A DNA stretch of 64,000 bases from the NCBI GenBank assembly GCA_009914755.4, contig CP068257.2:8064001-8128000 (forward strand), written 5' to 3'. The notes beneath the pieces are model-generated. The model worked only from the letters and a program-made list of their open reading frames with translations. It ran no database searches and was not told the DNA's origin. The DNA comes from the human T2T-CHM13v2.0 reference genome, Homo sapiens. Of the stretch, positions 27,436-40,800 are shown piece after piece; positions within the stretch are counted from its first letter, which is position 1, and every line of letters starts with the position of its first letter. Made by a program: the position numbers and the translations under genes.

Positions 27436-29595
27436 TCCTGTGATCCAAGACCCCATTCTTTCTGTAAACTTCGTGTGGTAGACAAGCTTCTGCACCCATC
27501 TTGTGTGTGGGTCTTCATTCTAAGGGCTCCAGTGTACACACATTGCCGAAACCTGTATGCCTTTTCTACTATTTATCTGCCTCCTATTAGTGATTTTCAG
27601 GGAAACTTCAGAAGGCAAAAGGGACATTCTCCTTTAGCCTATACTCAGACAAAATCCCCCAACATTTAACTGATTCCTAATAGCTTAAAATCACTTTGAA
27701 AAATCCATATATTTATAACCTTTTCTTCCCTCTATGATTTCTGGTCAGCTTGGGTTTTGTTTTTTATACCATTTACTTCATCCTCGAAAAGATCTATTTT
27801 ATGTCTATTTATTCTCATTTATTGACATTGAGAAAAGAAAATAACTTTCATGTGAGAAAAGCAAGTCCTTTGAAATAATCAGGCCCAGAGAGTTATTCAA
27901 ATGAGACAGCAGTTCTGTCCTGCTCCTCTTTGAGCTGTGTGTTCATCTAGGCTGCTTGCTGTTGCCACAGTAGCTATAAATTAATCAATAATGCCACACC
28001 AGACACTACAATCCACACCCAATAATAGTGTAACAGTGTATAGCCAGTCACTAATAAATGTGATTTCCATAAGCCAATGATAATTTGTGACAAACCTCTT
28101 TGCATCATCCCACTTCTTATCCCTTTTTTGCCTTTAAGAAACTGCTTGTTGCAAAGCTCCAAATGGAGTTCATATCCAAGGATACTTGGGTCTGTTTCTT
28201 CCAGGCAGCTGTCCTCATTTTGGCTCAAGTAAACTCTTTGAATTACGTTTCGTGCTTCAGCCCCTTCCACTTAGATTAACAACATGGATTTGTGTCACCA
28301 TGTACAGCAATTAAAATGTTTACGCTTTTCCCCTCGAGGGCACTGATGTGTTTTCCTGAGCACTTGGAATAGCTACATAGTGTTTACTTTCTATATTACG
28401 GTTTCTCAACCTTGGTGTACTTACCTTTAGGACCAGAGGATTCTTTGCTGTGGGAGGCTGCCCTAGCAATGCTAGGTGTTTCGTTTGACCTCTAAATTTC
28501 ACACCTCCACCAGTCTTGACATCCCCACAATAACCCTAGTCATTGACAAATGTCTCCTGGGGAAAACTCTCCACCGGTTGACAGCTCAAAGTTCTTGAAA
28601 TATTGGAATTGTCAATTGAGTTTTTATGTTATCCAAAACAAATATTTTTCTTTGTTTTTAAACATCTACTTCCATCTGCTTATCTACTTATTTTTACTTT
28701 TATTTGTAACTTAATTCCATCAAGGAGAGAGAGTGCATTTTCTGTTATGGTAAATTTTTGAAGAATGCATTGATTTTTTATGACCTGATATATGGATGAT
28801 ATGTAGATATTACATGTTTGTATTATCAAATTTCAGGGTGATAATAAAATAAATACTTATTTATATTGTCACTTTATATTAGTTATTTTCTTTCTTCACT
28901 ACAGGAGTTTTTCAACCTGTAGGCTATTTTTCAATTCTAGGTTATCCAGTAGATTTTGAAATGTTAAGATTAAATATCTACTTCTCAAGCATTCATCTTT
29001 GCAAATGAATCAATCCCAAGCTCTTATAATGCACATCATATAAAGGGCAGATTAGTCAATATATGGTTCAGAATTAGTTATGTAACATCTATAAGAAAAC
29101 TAGAAATTTAGATCCTTAACTCAGATAACAATAATCCAAATTAAAATTTGATTTCATTACATAATTTAAAATGACACCAGAATACTAGTAAAAATGTAGA
29201 TAAGTTTATATAATCCTTTTTAGCTGTAGGACTTTATTATCATAAATTCAAATACAGGAGCCAAAGTAAGATTGAGACCTATAGTCAAGGGTTAAAGTGT
29301 ACACATTATAGGGGCATGATTAATCTAATTTAAAGCATAACATGGAGAAATATTGCAAAACATACATGTTACTGTATTAATTGTTAATATGTAATCATTA
29401 AGTGAGAACAAAGGTAAAGAGTAGCTACACACACACACACACAAAGTGCAATATTGTCAAATATATGTGATGTTCAGCTACACTAGAAATCACACCTGTG
29501 TTTTCTCCACAGAAGTTTAAAGATTAAAAATCACAATAATATTTATTGTACATATGCAGATAAAGATACTCAAAATATTACCCTAAAATACTTTT

Positions 29596-29876
<281 letters not shown>

Positions 29877-29884
29877 GCTTTTTG

Positions 29885-30200
29885 ACGTATTTCAAGATGG
29901 CTACTCGGAAGACTGGAAATAGCTTCTTCTACAAGAATAGCTGAAAAGTTGTGTTTGTTGGGGAGATTTGCATTTGTAGAGAAAATCTGCATTGATATAG
30001 ACAGGCTTTCCCTGAGATACTCCCTTGTCTGTGTTTACGAAAGATTAACTGAGTCTGGCACGTTTACATTTCTAAAAACCATTTCTTATCTACACTTCCC
30101 AAGAGGAGGGCTGCTCTCTGTGAGGTTTCATCCATGTAACAAGACTTCCTCTGCTGCCAGGCTCCTCTGTCTTCCTTGTCGTCACTTGTCTTCCGCAAAG
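29885..30200 (+). mobile_element. Unidentified interspersed repeat, copy 2 (paralog of 27,150-27,435), immediately downstream of the Alu at 29,596-29,876
   Basis: TCAAGATGGCTACTCGGAAGACTGGAAATAGC…GGGGAGATTTGCATTTGTAGAGAAAATCTGCATTGATATAGACAGGCTTTCCCTGAGATACTCCCTTGTCTG…GATTAACTGAGTCTGGCACG…TGCTCTCTGTGAGGTTTCATCCATGTAACAAG is collinear with copy 1. Confidence 0.4.
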
Positions 30201-30279
30201 ACTGATTGACCAACCTACAGGTCTGTGTTTTCTGTAACCTCAAGACAGCATAGGCGTGTTGACTACCTTGCCATTCCTG

Positions 30280-30400
30280 GAGTTTTTATATATATAGTAT
30301 ATATTTGTATATCTATTTATAATATACAAATATTTGTATATATATTTATAATATACAAATATTTGTATATATATTTATATATATATTATGTAAACTCCAA
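30280..30400. repeat. AT-rich tandem duplication, about a 31 bp unit ATATTTGTATATATATTTATAATATACAA repeated about 3 times
   Basis: Seen in sequence. tttgtatatctatttataatatacaaatatttgtatatatatttataatatacaaatatttgtatatatatttatatatatatt. Confidence 0.8.
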
Positions 30401-31840
30401 GTGCATACTTGTGCACGTATCTGTAAACCTTTTTTTCCTGTTGATTTGAACATTATCTGTTTGTTTTATAGACTGAAATAATTAAAGCTTCAAGGGAAAA
30501 ATTTAAACTTTCCTATAGAGAAAAGACAAATATGTAGGTGACAAATAATATTTAGAGTGTAAGACGCTTTTTAAAGGTATATTTGTAATTTGTGTCAAAA
30601 CATTTAAATATACATTTGTTGCTTTAACTATAAAATTTCAAATAATTTAAGCTAAATATATAGTATATGCAGAAAATTTAGCAATATTTGTATGTAGCAC
30701 CTTACTGTGCATTACTGTAACCAGCTGTCTAATATAAAGAACTAATTAAGGTAACACCTACTTTTCAAATATCTCATTTTTTTCACAGACCTATTAAATA
30801 AGACAAATAACATATAAACTTTGTTTTTAAATTTACAGAATAGTAGTTTTCAGAAGATGATTTATTTTAGCAAATTCCATCTTCACATTGTGCTATGCTT
30901 TTATGAGTTCCACCTGTTAAAGAATAATATTTTACTGCTGAATCTATCATGTGTGATATAATTGCTCATTATGTGCCTTAAAACACAAGCAATATAGTTA
31001 TTTTCATCTTGCAGCAAATTAAAATCTTATCAGCCATTTAAAAACTCTAGAGTTGTCTTCTGGTTAATTATTTTAAACGTATTTTTCTCTCTATGTTTTT
31101 AATGAGTTGTCTTATCAAGGAGAAGAACTCAAGCTGATTATTCTTTTTTTTCTCTTCCATCCACCTCGCAGGTGCGTTAATAATTTCATTTCCCAGAAAA
31201 TGTTCTTTCATATCCATCTTACAAGATGAGAGAGCTTTTAAAATCTTCCATTCGGATGTGATAGGAGTAATGGAAAATATTCCAGCTTCATGAATATGGT
31301 GATACAAATAGTTATCCGTCTAACCTCTTTCAGTGCCAAATGTATACTTTAGTCAGCGAATTACTCAGTTGACAGGTAATTTCTTCTGAAATCACTAATG
31401 AGAGGATCAGAGGTCTGGCTCTTGTCTGTACCGCATGTGACTCCCAGTGCAGACAATTGTTTCTATGGAGCACAGACAGTTGAAAGGATTGACTTCCTGC
31501 CTAGAATAGTTTCTGCTGTGCTTCTTATCCTTCTTGTGGAGATTTCAGATTATCTGAATTGCTTTTCTATCTTAAGAAAAAACTCAACAATTCTCCCACC
31601 TGAGAGGAATGTAAACTGTAGTAAGTTAGCAGAACCAATCCGTAAAGTTTTACATTGTTTTTTTGTAAAATGCAGCTTTGGTGTCTCCATCACTAACCTT
31701 TTCTATCCCTCATTGCTCTTTCTTTGACTGCAATAGGATACCTCTAGGCAAATCTGTATTCCCGAGACAGAGTGCCGTTTTGGTTAGCTATAAGTACACT
31801 CAATGGTAGGCGGAAATACTAGTTTTTATCTACGGCGAAA

Positions 31841-34800
31841 TTCCATTCCACTACACTCCACTCCACTCCACTCCACTCCACGCTATTCAGTTCCATTCCA
31901 CTCCATTCCATTCCACTTCATTCCACTCCACTGCACTCCACTTCACCGCATTCCATTCCATTCCACTTCACTCCATTCCACTCCACTCCACTCCATTCCA
32001 CTCCAATACACTCCATTCCACTCCATTCCATTCCATTCCGTTCCATTCCATTCCATTCCACTCCACTCAATTCCATTCCACTCCATTCCACTCCACTCCA
32101 ATCCACTCCACTCCACTCCACTCCATTGCATTCCATTCCATTCTAAATCCATTCCATTACATTCCATAATAAATCCGCTCCATTCCCTTCCTTTCTTTCG
32201 ACAGGATTTCACTCTGTCACTCAGGCTGGAGTGCAGTGCACAATCTCAGTTCACATTTCTTTTCACCATTCCATTCCATGCCATTGTATTCCATTCTATT
32301 CCACTCCACTCCGTACAATTCCATTCCTCCCCATTACATTCCACTCCACTACCTTCCACTCCACTCCTCTCCACTCCATTCAATTCCATTCTACCCCATT
32401 CCATTCCACTTCATTCCACTCCATTCCACTCCACTTCACCGCATTCCAATCGATTCCATTCGATACCATTCCATTCCATTCCATTCCATTCCATTCCATT
32501 TGATTCCACTTGATTTCATTTACATTCCATTTCACTCCATTCCATTCCACTCCATTCCACTCCACTTCATTCCACTCCACTCCATTCCACTCCATTCCAC
32601 TGCACTCCAATCCACTCCACTCAACTTCAATCAACTCCACTCCATTCCATTCCACTCCATTCTACACCTTTCCACTATACTCCATTCCATTCCATCCCAT
32701 TCCTTTCCACTCCATTCCACTCCACTCCACTACACCCCACTCCACTCCACTGCACTCCATTCCATTCCATTCCATAAGAATCCATACCACACCATTCCAC
32801 TCCACTCCACTCCACTCCATGATAATCCACTCTACTCCACTCCATTCCATTCCATTCCATTCCATTCCATTTTAAATCCATTCAATTCCATTCCATTCCA
32901 TTTTAAATCCATTCAATTCCATTCCTTTCTTTTGACAGGATCTCACTAGGTCACCCAGGCTGGAGTGCAGTGCACAATCTCAGCTCACATTTCATTTCAC
33001 CATTCCATTCCATTCCATTCCATTCCATTCCATTCCATTCCATTGCATTCCATTCCGCTTCACTCCACTCCACTCTGTTCCATTCCATTCCTTCCCTTTC
33101 CATTCCACTCCACTCCGTTCCATTCCATTCCTTCCCTTTCCATTCCACTCCACTCCATTCCACTCCACTCCATTGAATTCGATTCCACCCCATTCCATTC
33201 CACTCCATTCCACTCCACTCCACACCATTTCACCGCATTCCATTCCATTCCACTCCATTCCATTCCATTCCATTTGATTCCTTTCGATTCCATTCCAATT
33301 CATTCCATTCCATTCCACTCCACTCCACTCCACTCCACTCCATTTAATTCCATTCCACTCCATTCCATTCCACACCATTCCACTCCACTCCACAACATTT
33401 CACCGCATTCCGTTCCATTCCACTCCTTTCCATTCCATTCCATTTGATTCCTTTCGATTCCATTCCAATTCATTCCATTCCATTCCACTCCACTCCACTC
33501 CATTGAACTGCACTCCATTCCACTCCACCCATTCCATTCCATTCCACTCCATTCCACTCCACTCCAGTCCATTCCACTCTATTACACTCCACTCAATTCC
33601 ACTCCATTCCACTGCACTCAATTACATTCCACTCCACCCCATACCATTCCACTCCAGTCCATTCCACTCCACTCCAGTCCATTCCAATCCACTCCATTTC
33701 ATTCCACTCCACTCCATTCCACTCCACTCCACTCCTCTCCACTCCACTCCACTCCATTCCATTCCATCCCACTCCATTCCAGTCCTCTCCATTCCACTGC
33801 ACTCCACTCCACTCCACGCCACTCCACTCCACTCCATTCCATTCTAAATCCATTCCTTTCCATTCCTTTCTTTTGACAGGGTCTCAGTCTATCACCCAGG
33901 CTGCACTGAGGTGCACAATCTCAGTTCATATTTCATTTCCCCATTCCATTCCATTCCATTCCATTCCATTCCATTCCATTCCATTCCATTCTATTCCAAT
34001 GCATTCCATTCCATTCCATTGCATTCCATTCCACTCCACTCCACCCCACTCCAGTCAATTCCATTCCTTCCCATTCCATTCGATTTGATTCCATTCCACT
34101 CCACTCCACTCCATTGAATTCCATTCCACCCCATTCCATTCCACTCCATTCCACTGCACTCCAATCCACTCCACTCAACTTCAATCCACTCCACTCAACT
34201 CCAGTCCACTGCACTCCATTCCATTCCACTCCATTCTACACCTTTCCACTCCACTCCATTCCATCCCATCCCATTCCATTCCACTCCATTCCACTCCACT
34301 CCACTACACCCCACTCCACTCCACTGCACTCCATTCCATTCCATTCCATAAGAATCCATACCACACCATTCCACTCCACTCCACTCCACTCCACTCCATG
34401 ATAATCCACTCTACTCCACTCCATTCCATTCCATTCCATTTTAAATCCATTCAATTCCATTCCTTTCTTTTGACAGGATCTCACTAGGTCACCCAGGCTG
34501 CAGTGCAGTGCACAATCTCAGCTCACATTTCATTTCACCATTCCATTCCATTCCATTCCATTGCATTCCATTCCACTCCACCCCACCCCACTCCAGTCAA
34601 TTCCATTCCTTCCCATTCCATTCGATTTGATTCCATTCCACTACACTCCACTCCATTGAATTCCATTCCACCCCATTCCATTCCACTCCATTCCACTGTA
34701 CTCCAATCCACTCCACTCAACTTCAATCCACTCCACTCAACTCCAGTCCACTGCACTCCATTCCATTCCACTCCATTCTACACCTTTCCACTCCACTCCA

Positions 34801-37800
34801 TTCCATTCCATCCCATTCCATTCCACTCCATTCCACTCCACTCCACTACACCCCACTCCACTCCACTGCACTCCATTCCATTCCATTCCATAAGAATCCA
34901 TACCACACCATTCTATTCCACTCCACTCCACTCCACTCCATGATAATCCACTCTAATCCACTCCACTCCATTCCAGTCCATTCCATTTTAAATCCATTCA
35001 ATTCCATTCCTTTCTTTTGACAGGATCTCACTAGGTCACCCAGGCTGCAGTGCAGTGCACAATCTCAGCTCACATTTCATTTCACCATTCCATTCCATTC
35101 CATTCCATTCCATTCCATTCCATTCCATTCCATTCCGCTTCACTCCACTCCACTCCACTCCGTTCCATTCCACTCCACTCCACTCCGTTCCATTCCATTC
35201 CTTCCCTTTCCATTCCACTCCACTCCATTCCACTCCACTCCATTGAATTCGATTCCACCCCATTCCATTCCACTTCATTCCACTCCACTCCACACCATTT
35301 CACCACATTCCATTCCATTCCATTTGATTCCTTTTGATTCCATTCCAATTCATTCCATTCCATTCCACTCCACTCCACTCCACTCAATTCCATTCCACCC
35401 CATTCCATTGCACACCATTCCACTCCACTCCACATTTCACCGCATTCCGTTCCATTCCACTCCATTCCATTCCATTCCATTTGATTCCTTTCGATTCCAT
35501 TCCAATTCATTCCATTCCATTCCACTCCACTCCACTCCATTGAACTGCACTCCATTCCACTCCACTCCACCCCATTCCATTCCATTCCACTCCATTCCAC
35601 TCCACTTCAGTCCATTCCACTCCATTCCACTCCACTCAATTCCACTCCATTCCACTGCACTCAATTACATTCCACTCCACCCCATACCATTCCATTCCAG
35701 TCCATTCCATTCCATTCCACTCCAGTCCATTCCACTCCACTCCAGTCCATTCCAATCCACTCCATTTCATTCCACTCCACTCCATTCCATTCCACTCCAC
35801 TTCACTCCACTCCACTCCATTCCACTCCACTCCACTCCAGTGTTCTCCATTCCACTGCAGTCCACTCCATTCCACTCTGTTCCATTCCACTGCACTCAAC
35901 TCCCCTCCACTCCACTCCAATCCACTATATTCCATTCTATTCCATTCTACACCTTTCCACTCCATTCCACTCCACTCAAAACCATTCCATCCCATTCCAT
36001 TCCTCTCCATTCCACTCCAATCCACTCCACTCCACTCCACTCCACTCTATTCCATTCCATTCCATAACAATCCATACCACTCAATTCCACTCCACTCCAC
36101 TCCACTCCACGCCACTGCACTCCACTCCACTCAATTCCATTCCATTCCATTGTAAATCCATTCCATTCCACTCCTTTCTTTTGATGGGATCTCACTCTGT
36201 CACCCAGGCTGGAGTTCAGTGCACAATCTTAGCTAACATTTCATGTCACCATTCCATTCCATTCCATTCCATTCCTTTCGATTCCATTCCATTTCATTCC
36301 ATTCCATTCCATTCCACTCCACTCCACCCCACTACACTCCATTCCACTCTATTCCTCTACACTCCATTCCACTACACTCCACTCAACTCCACTCCACTCC
36401 AGTCAACTCCATTCCATTCCATTCCATTCTATAAATTTCCACTCCTCTCCACTCCATTCCATTCCATCCCATTCCATTCCACTCCATTCCAGTCCACTCC
36501 ATTCCACCCCACTCCAATACACTCCACTCCATTACATTCCGTTCCATAACAATCCATACCACTCCATTCCACTGCACTCCACTCCACTCCACGCCACTTC
36601 ATTCCACTCCATTCCATTACATTCCATTCTAAATCCATTCCATTCCAATCCTTTCTTTCAACAGGATCTCACTCTATCAACCAGGCTGCACTGCACTGCA
36701 CAATCTAAGCTCACATTTCATTTCACCATTCCATTCCATTCCATTGCATTCTATTCCATTCCAATGCATTCCATTCCATTCCACTCCACTCCACTACACT
36801 CCATTCAATTCCATGCCTTCCGATTCCATTCCATTCAATTCCATTCCACTCCACTCCACTCCATTGAATTCCATTCCACCCCATTCCATTCCACTCCATT
36901 CCACTTCAGCACATTCCATTCGATTCCATTCAATGCCATTTGTTTCCATTCGATTCAATTCCATACAATTCCATTCGATTCCATTTTTTCCTTTTGATTC
37001 CGTTTGATTCCATTCGATTCCATTCGATTCGATTCCATTCGGTTCGATTTGATTTGATTCGATTCCATTCGATTCCATACGATTCCATTCCGTTCCATTC
37101 CGCTCCACTCCATTCCACTCCACTCCATTGCACTCCACTCCATTCCACCTCATACCATTCCACTTCATTCCATTCCATTCCATTTCATTCCATTGCATTC
37201 TAAATCCATTCCATTCCATTCCTTTCTTTTGACAGGATCTCACTCTCTCACCCAAGCTGGAGTGCAGTGCACAATCTCAGCTCACATTTCAATTCACCAT
37301 TCCATGCCATTCTATTCCATTTCATTCCATTCCATTCCATTCCACTCCATTGCATTCCATTCCTTTCCACTCCACTCCACTTCACTCCATTCCACTCCAC
37401 TCCATTCCCTTTCATTCCAATCCACTCCACTCCATTCCACTCCATTTCACTAAACTCCACTCCACTCCATTCCACTCCACTCCACTCCATTCCATTCCAT
37501 TCTACACCTTTCCACTTCACTCCACTCCACTCCACTCCATTCCATTCCACTCCACTCCACTCCATTCCACTCCACTCCACCCCACAGCACTCCACTTCAC
37601 TCCATTGCATTCCATTCCATAACAATCCATACCATTCTGCTCCACTCCACTCCACTCCCAGCCACTTCACTCCACTTCATTCCATTACATTCCATTGTAA
37701 ATCTATTCCATTCCATTCCTTTTTTTATGAAAGGATCTCACTCTGTCACCCAGGTTGGAGTGCAGTGCACAGTCTCAGCTCACATATCATTTCACTATTC

Positions 37801-40800
37801 CAGACCATTCCATTCCATTGCATTCCATTCCACACCACTCCACTCCACTCCATTCAATTCCATTCCTTCCCAGTGCATTCCACTCCAATCCATTCCACTC
37901 CACTTCACTCCACTCCATTAAATTTCATTCCACCCCATTCCATTCCACTCCACTCCAGTTCACCACATTCCATTCAATTCCATTCGATGCCATTCCATTC
38001 CATTCCATTCCATTCCATTCCATTCCAATCCATTCCACTTCACTCCATTCCACTCCATTCCACTCCACTCCACTCCATTCCATTCCCTTCCATTCCATTC
38101 CATTCCACTCCATTCCATTCCATTCCATTCCACTCAATTCCATTCCACTGCACTCCACTCCATTCCACTCAATTCCATTCCACTGCACTCCACTCCATTC
38201 CACTCCACTCTGCTCGACTCCATTCCATGCCATTCCACCCCCCTCCATTTCACTTCTTTTCACTCCATTCCTTTCCATTCCATTCCATTCCATACCACTC
38301 CACTCCATGCCATTCCACCCCCCTCCATGTCACTTCTTTTCACTCCATTCCTTTACATTCCATTCCATTCCATTCCACTCCACTCCATTCCACTCCACTC
38401 CATTCCACTCCACTCCACTCCACTCCGTTCCATTACGTTCCATTCTAAATCCATTCCATTATATTGCATTCTAAATCCATTCCATTCCCTTCCTTTCTTT
38501 CGACAGGATCTCACTCTTTCTCCCAGGCTAGAGTGCAGTGCGCAATCTCAGCTCACATTTCATTGCACCATTCAGTTCTATTCCATTCCATTGCATTTCA
38601 TTCCACTCCACTCTGTTCAATCCCATTCCTTCCCATTCCATTCCACTCCACTCCACTCCACGCTAATCCACTCCACTCCACTCCATTACATTCTATTTTA
38701 AATCCATTCAATTCCATTCCTTTCTTTGGACAGGATCGCACTACATCACCCGGGCTGCATTGCACTGCAGAATCTCAGCTCACATTTCATTTCACCATTC
38801 CATTCCATTCCATTCCATTGCATTCCATTCCACTCCACTCCCCTGCACTCCGTTCAAATCCATTCCTTCCCATTCCATTTGATTCCATTCCACTCCACTC
38901 CAGTCCATTGAATTCCATTCCACCCCATTCCATTCCACTCCATTCCACTCCACTCCATTCCAGTTCTCCGTATTCCATTCGATTCCATTTGATTCGATTC
39001 CATTCAATTCCATTCGATTCCATTTTTTCCATTCAATTCCGTTCGATTCCATTTGATTCCATTTTCTATTCCATTCGATTCGATTCTATTCCATTCGATT
39101 CCATTCCACTCCATTCCACTCCACTCCACTCCACTCTATTCAACTCCACTCCATTCCACCCCATTCCATTCCACCGCATTCCATTCCATTCCATTTCAAT
39201 CCATTCCATTCTAAATCCATTCCAATCCATTATTTTCTTTTGACAGGATCTCACTCTCTCACCCAGGCTGGAGGGCAGTGCACAATCTCAGCTCACATTT
39301 CGTTTCACCATTCCATGCCATTCCACTCCATTGCATTCGATTCCATTCCATTCCACTCCATTGCATTCCATTCCATTCCACTCCACTCCACTCCACTCCA
39401 TTCCACTCCACTCCATTCCAGTCCAGTCCACTCCATTCCATTCCACTCCACTCCATTTCATTCGAACCCACTCCACTCCTTTCCACTCCATTCCAGTAAA
39501 CTCCACTCCACTCCACTCCATTCCACTCCATGCCATTCCACTCCATTCCATTCCACTCTACTCAATTCCACTCCACTCCACTCCACTCCATTCCATTCCA
39601 TTCTACACCTTTCCACTCTACTCCACTCAACTCCACTCCATTCCATTACATCGCATTCCATGCCACTCCATTCAACTCCACTCCACTCAACCCCACAGCA
39701 CTCCACTCCACTCCATTGAATTCCATTCCATAACAATCCATACCATTCCATTCCACTCCACTCCAATCCACTCCAAGCCACTCTATTCCACTCCATTCCA
39801 TTACATTCCATTGTAAATCCATTCCATTCCTTTCCGTTCTTATGACAGGATCTCACTCTGTCACCCAAGTTGGAGTACAGTGCACAGTCTCAGCTGACAT
39901 ATCATTTCACCATTCCAGTCCATTCCATTCCATTGCATTCCATTCCACACCACTCCACTCCACTCCGTTCAATTCCATTCCTTCCCAGTCCATTCCACTC
40001 CACTCCATTCCATTCCACTTCACTCCACTCCATTAAATTACGTTCCACCCCATTCCATTCCACTCCATTCCACTCCACTCCACTTCACCACATTCCATTC
40101 AATTCCATTCGATGACTTTCAATTCCATTCTATTCGATTCCATTCCATTCCATTTGATTCCATTCCATTTGATTCCAATCCATTCCATTCCATTACACTC
40201 AATTCCACTCTATTCCAATCCACTCTACTCCACTCCATTCCACTCTATTCCAATCCAATCTACTCCACTCCACTCCATTCCATTCCCTTCCATTGTATGG
40301 CATTCCACTCCATTCCATTCCATTCCACTCAATGTCGTTCTATTCCACTCCACTCCATTTAACTCCACTCCGCTCGACTGCATTCCATGCCATTCCACCC
40401 CACTCCATTTCACTTCTCTTCACTCCATTCCATTCCATTCCACTCCATTTCACTCCACTCCATTCCGCTCCACTCCAATCTACTCCGTTTCATTACATTC
40501 CATTCTAAATCCATTCCATTATATTCCATTCTAAATCCATTTCATTCCCTTCATTTCTTTCGACAGGATCTCACACCGTCACCCAGGCTGGAATGCAGTG
40601 CGCAATCTCGGCTCACATTTCATTTCAGCATTCCATTTGATTCCATTCCATTGCATTTCATTCTACTCCACTCCACTCCACTCAGTTCAATTCCATTCCT
40701 TCCCATTCCTTTCCACTCCACTCCATTCTACTCCACTCCACTCCATTCATTTCTATTCCACCCCTTTTCATTCCACTCCATTCAAATCCACTCCACTGCA

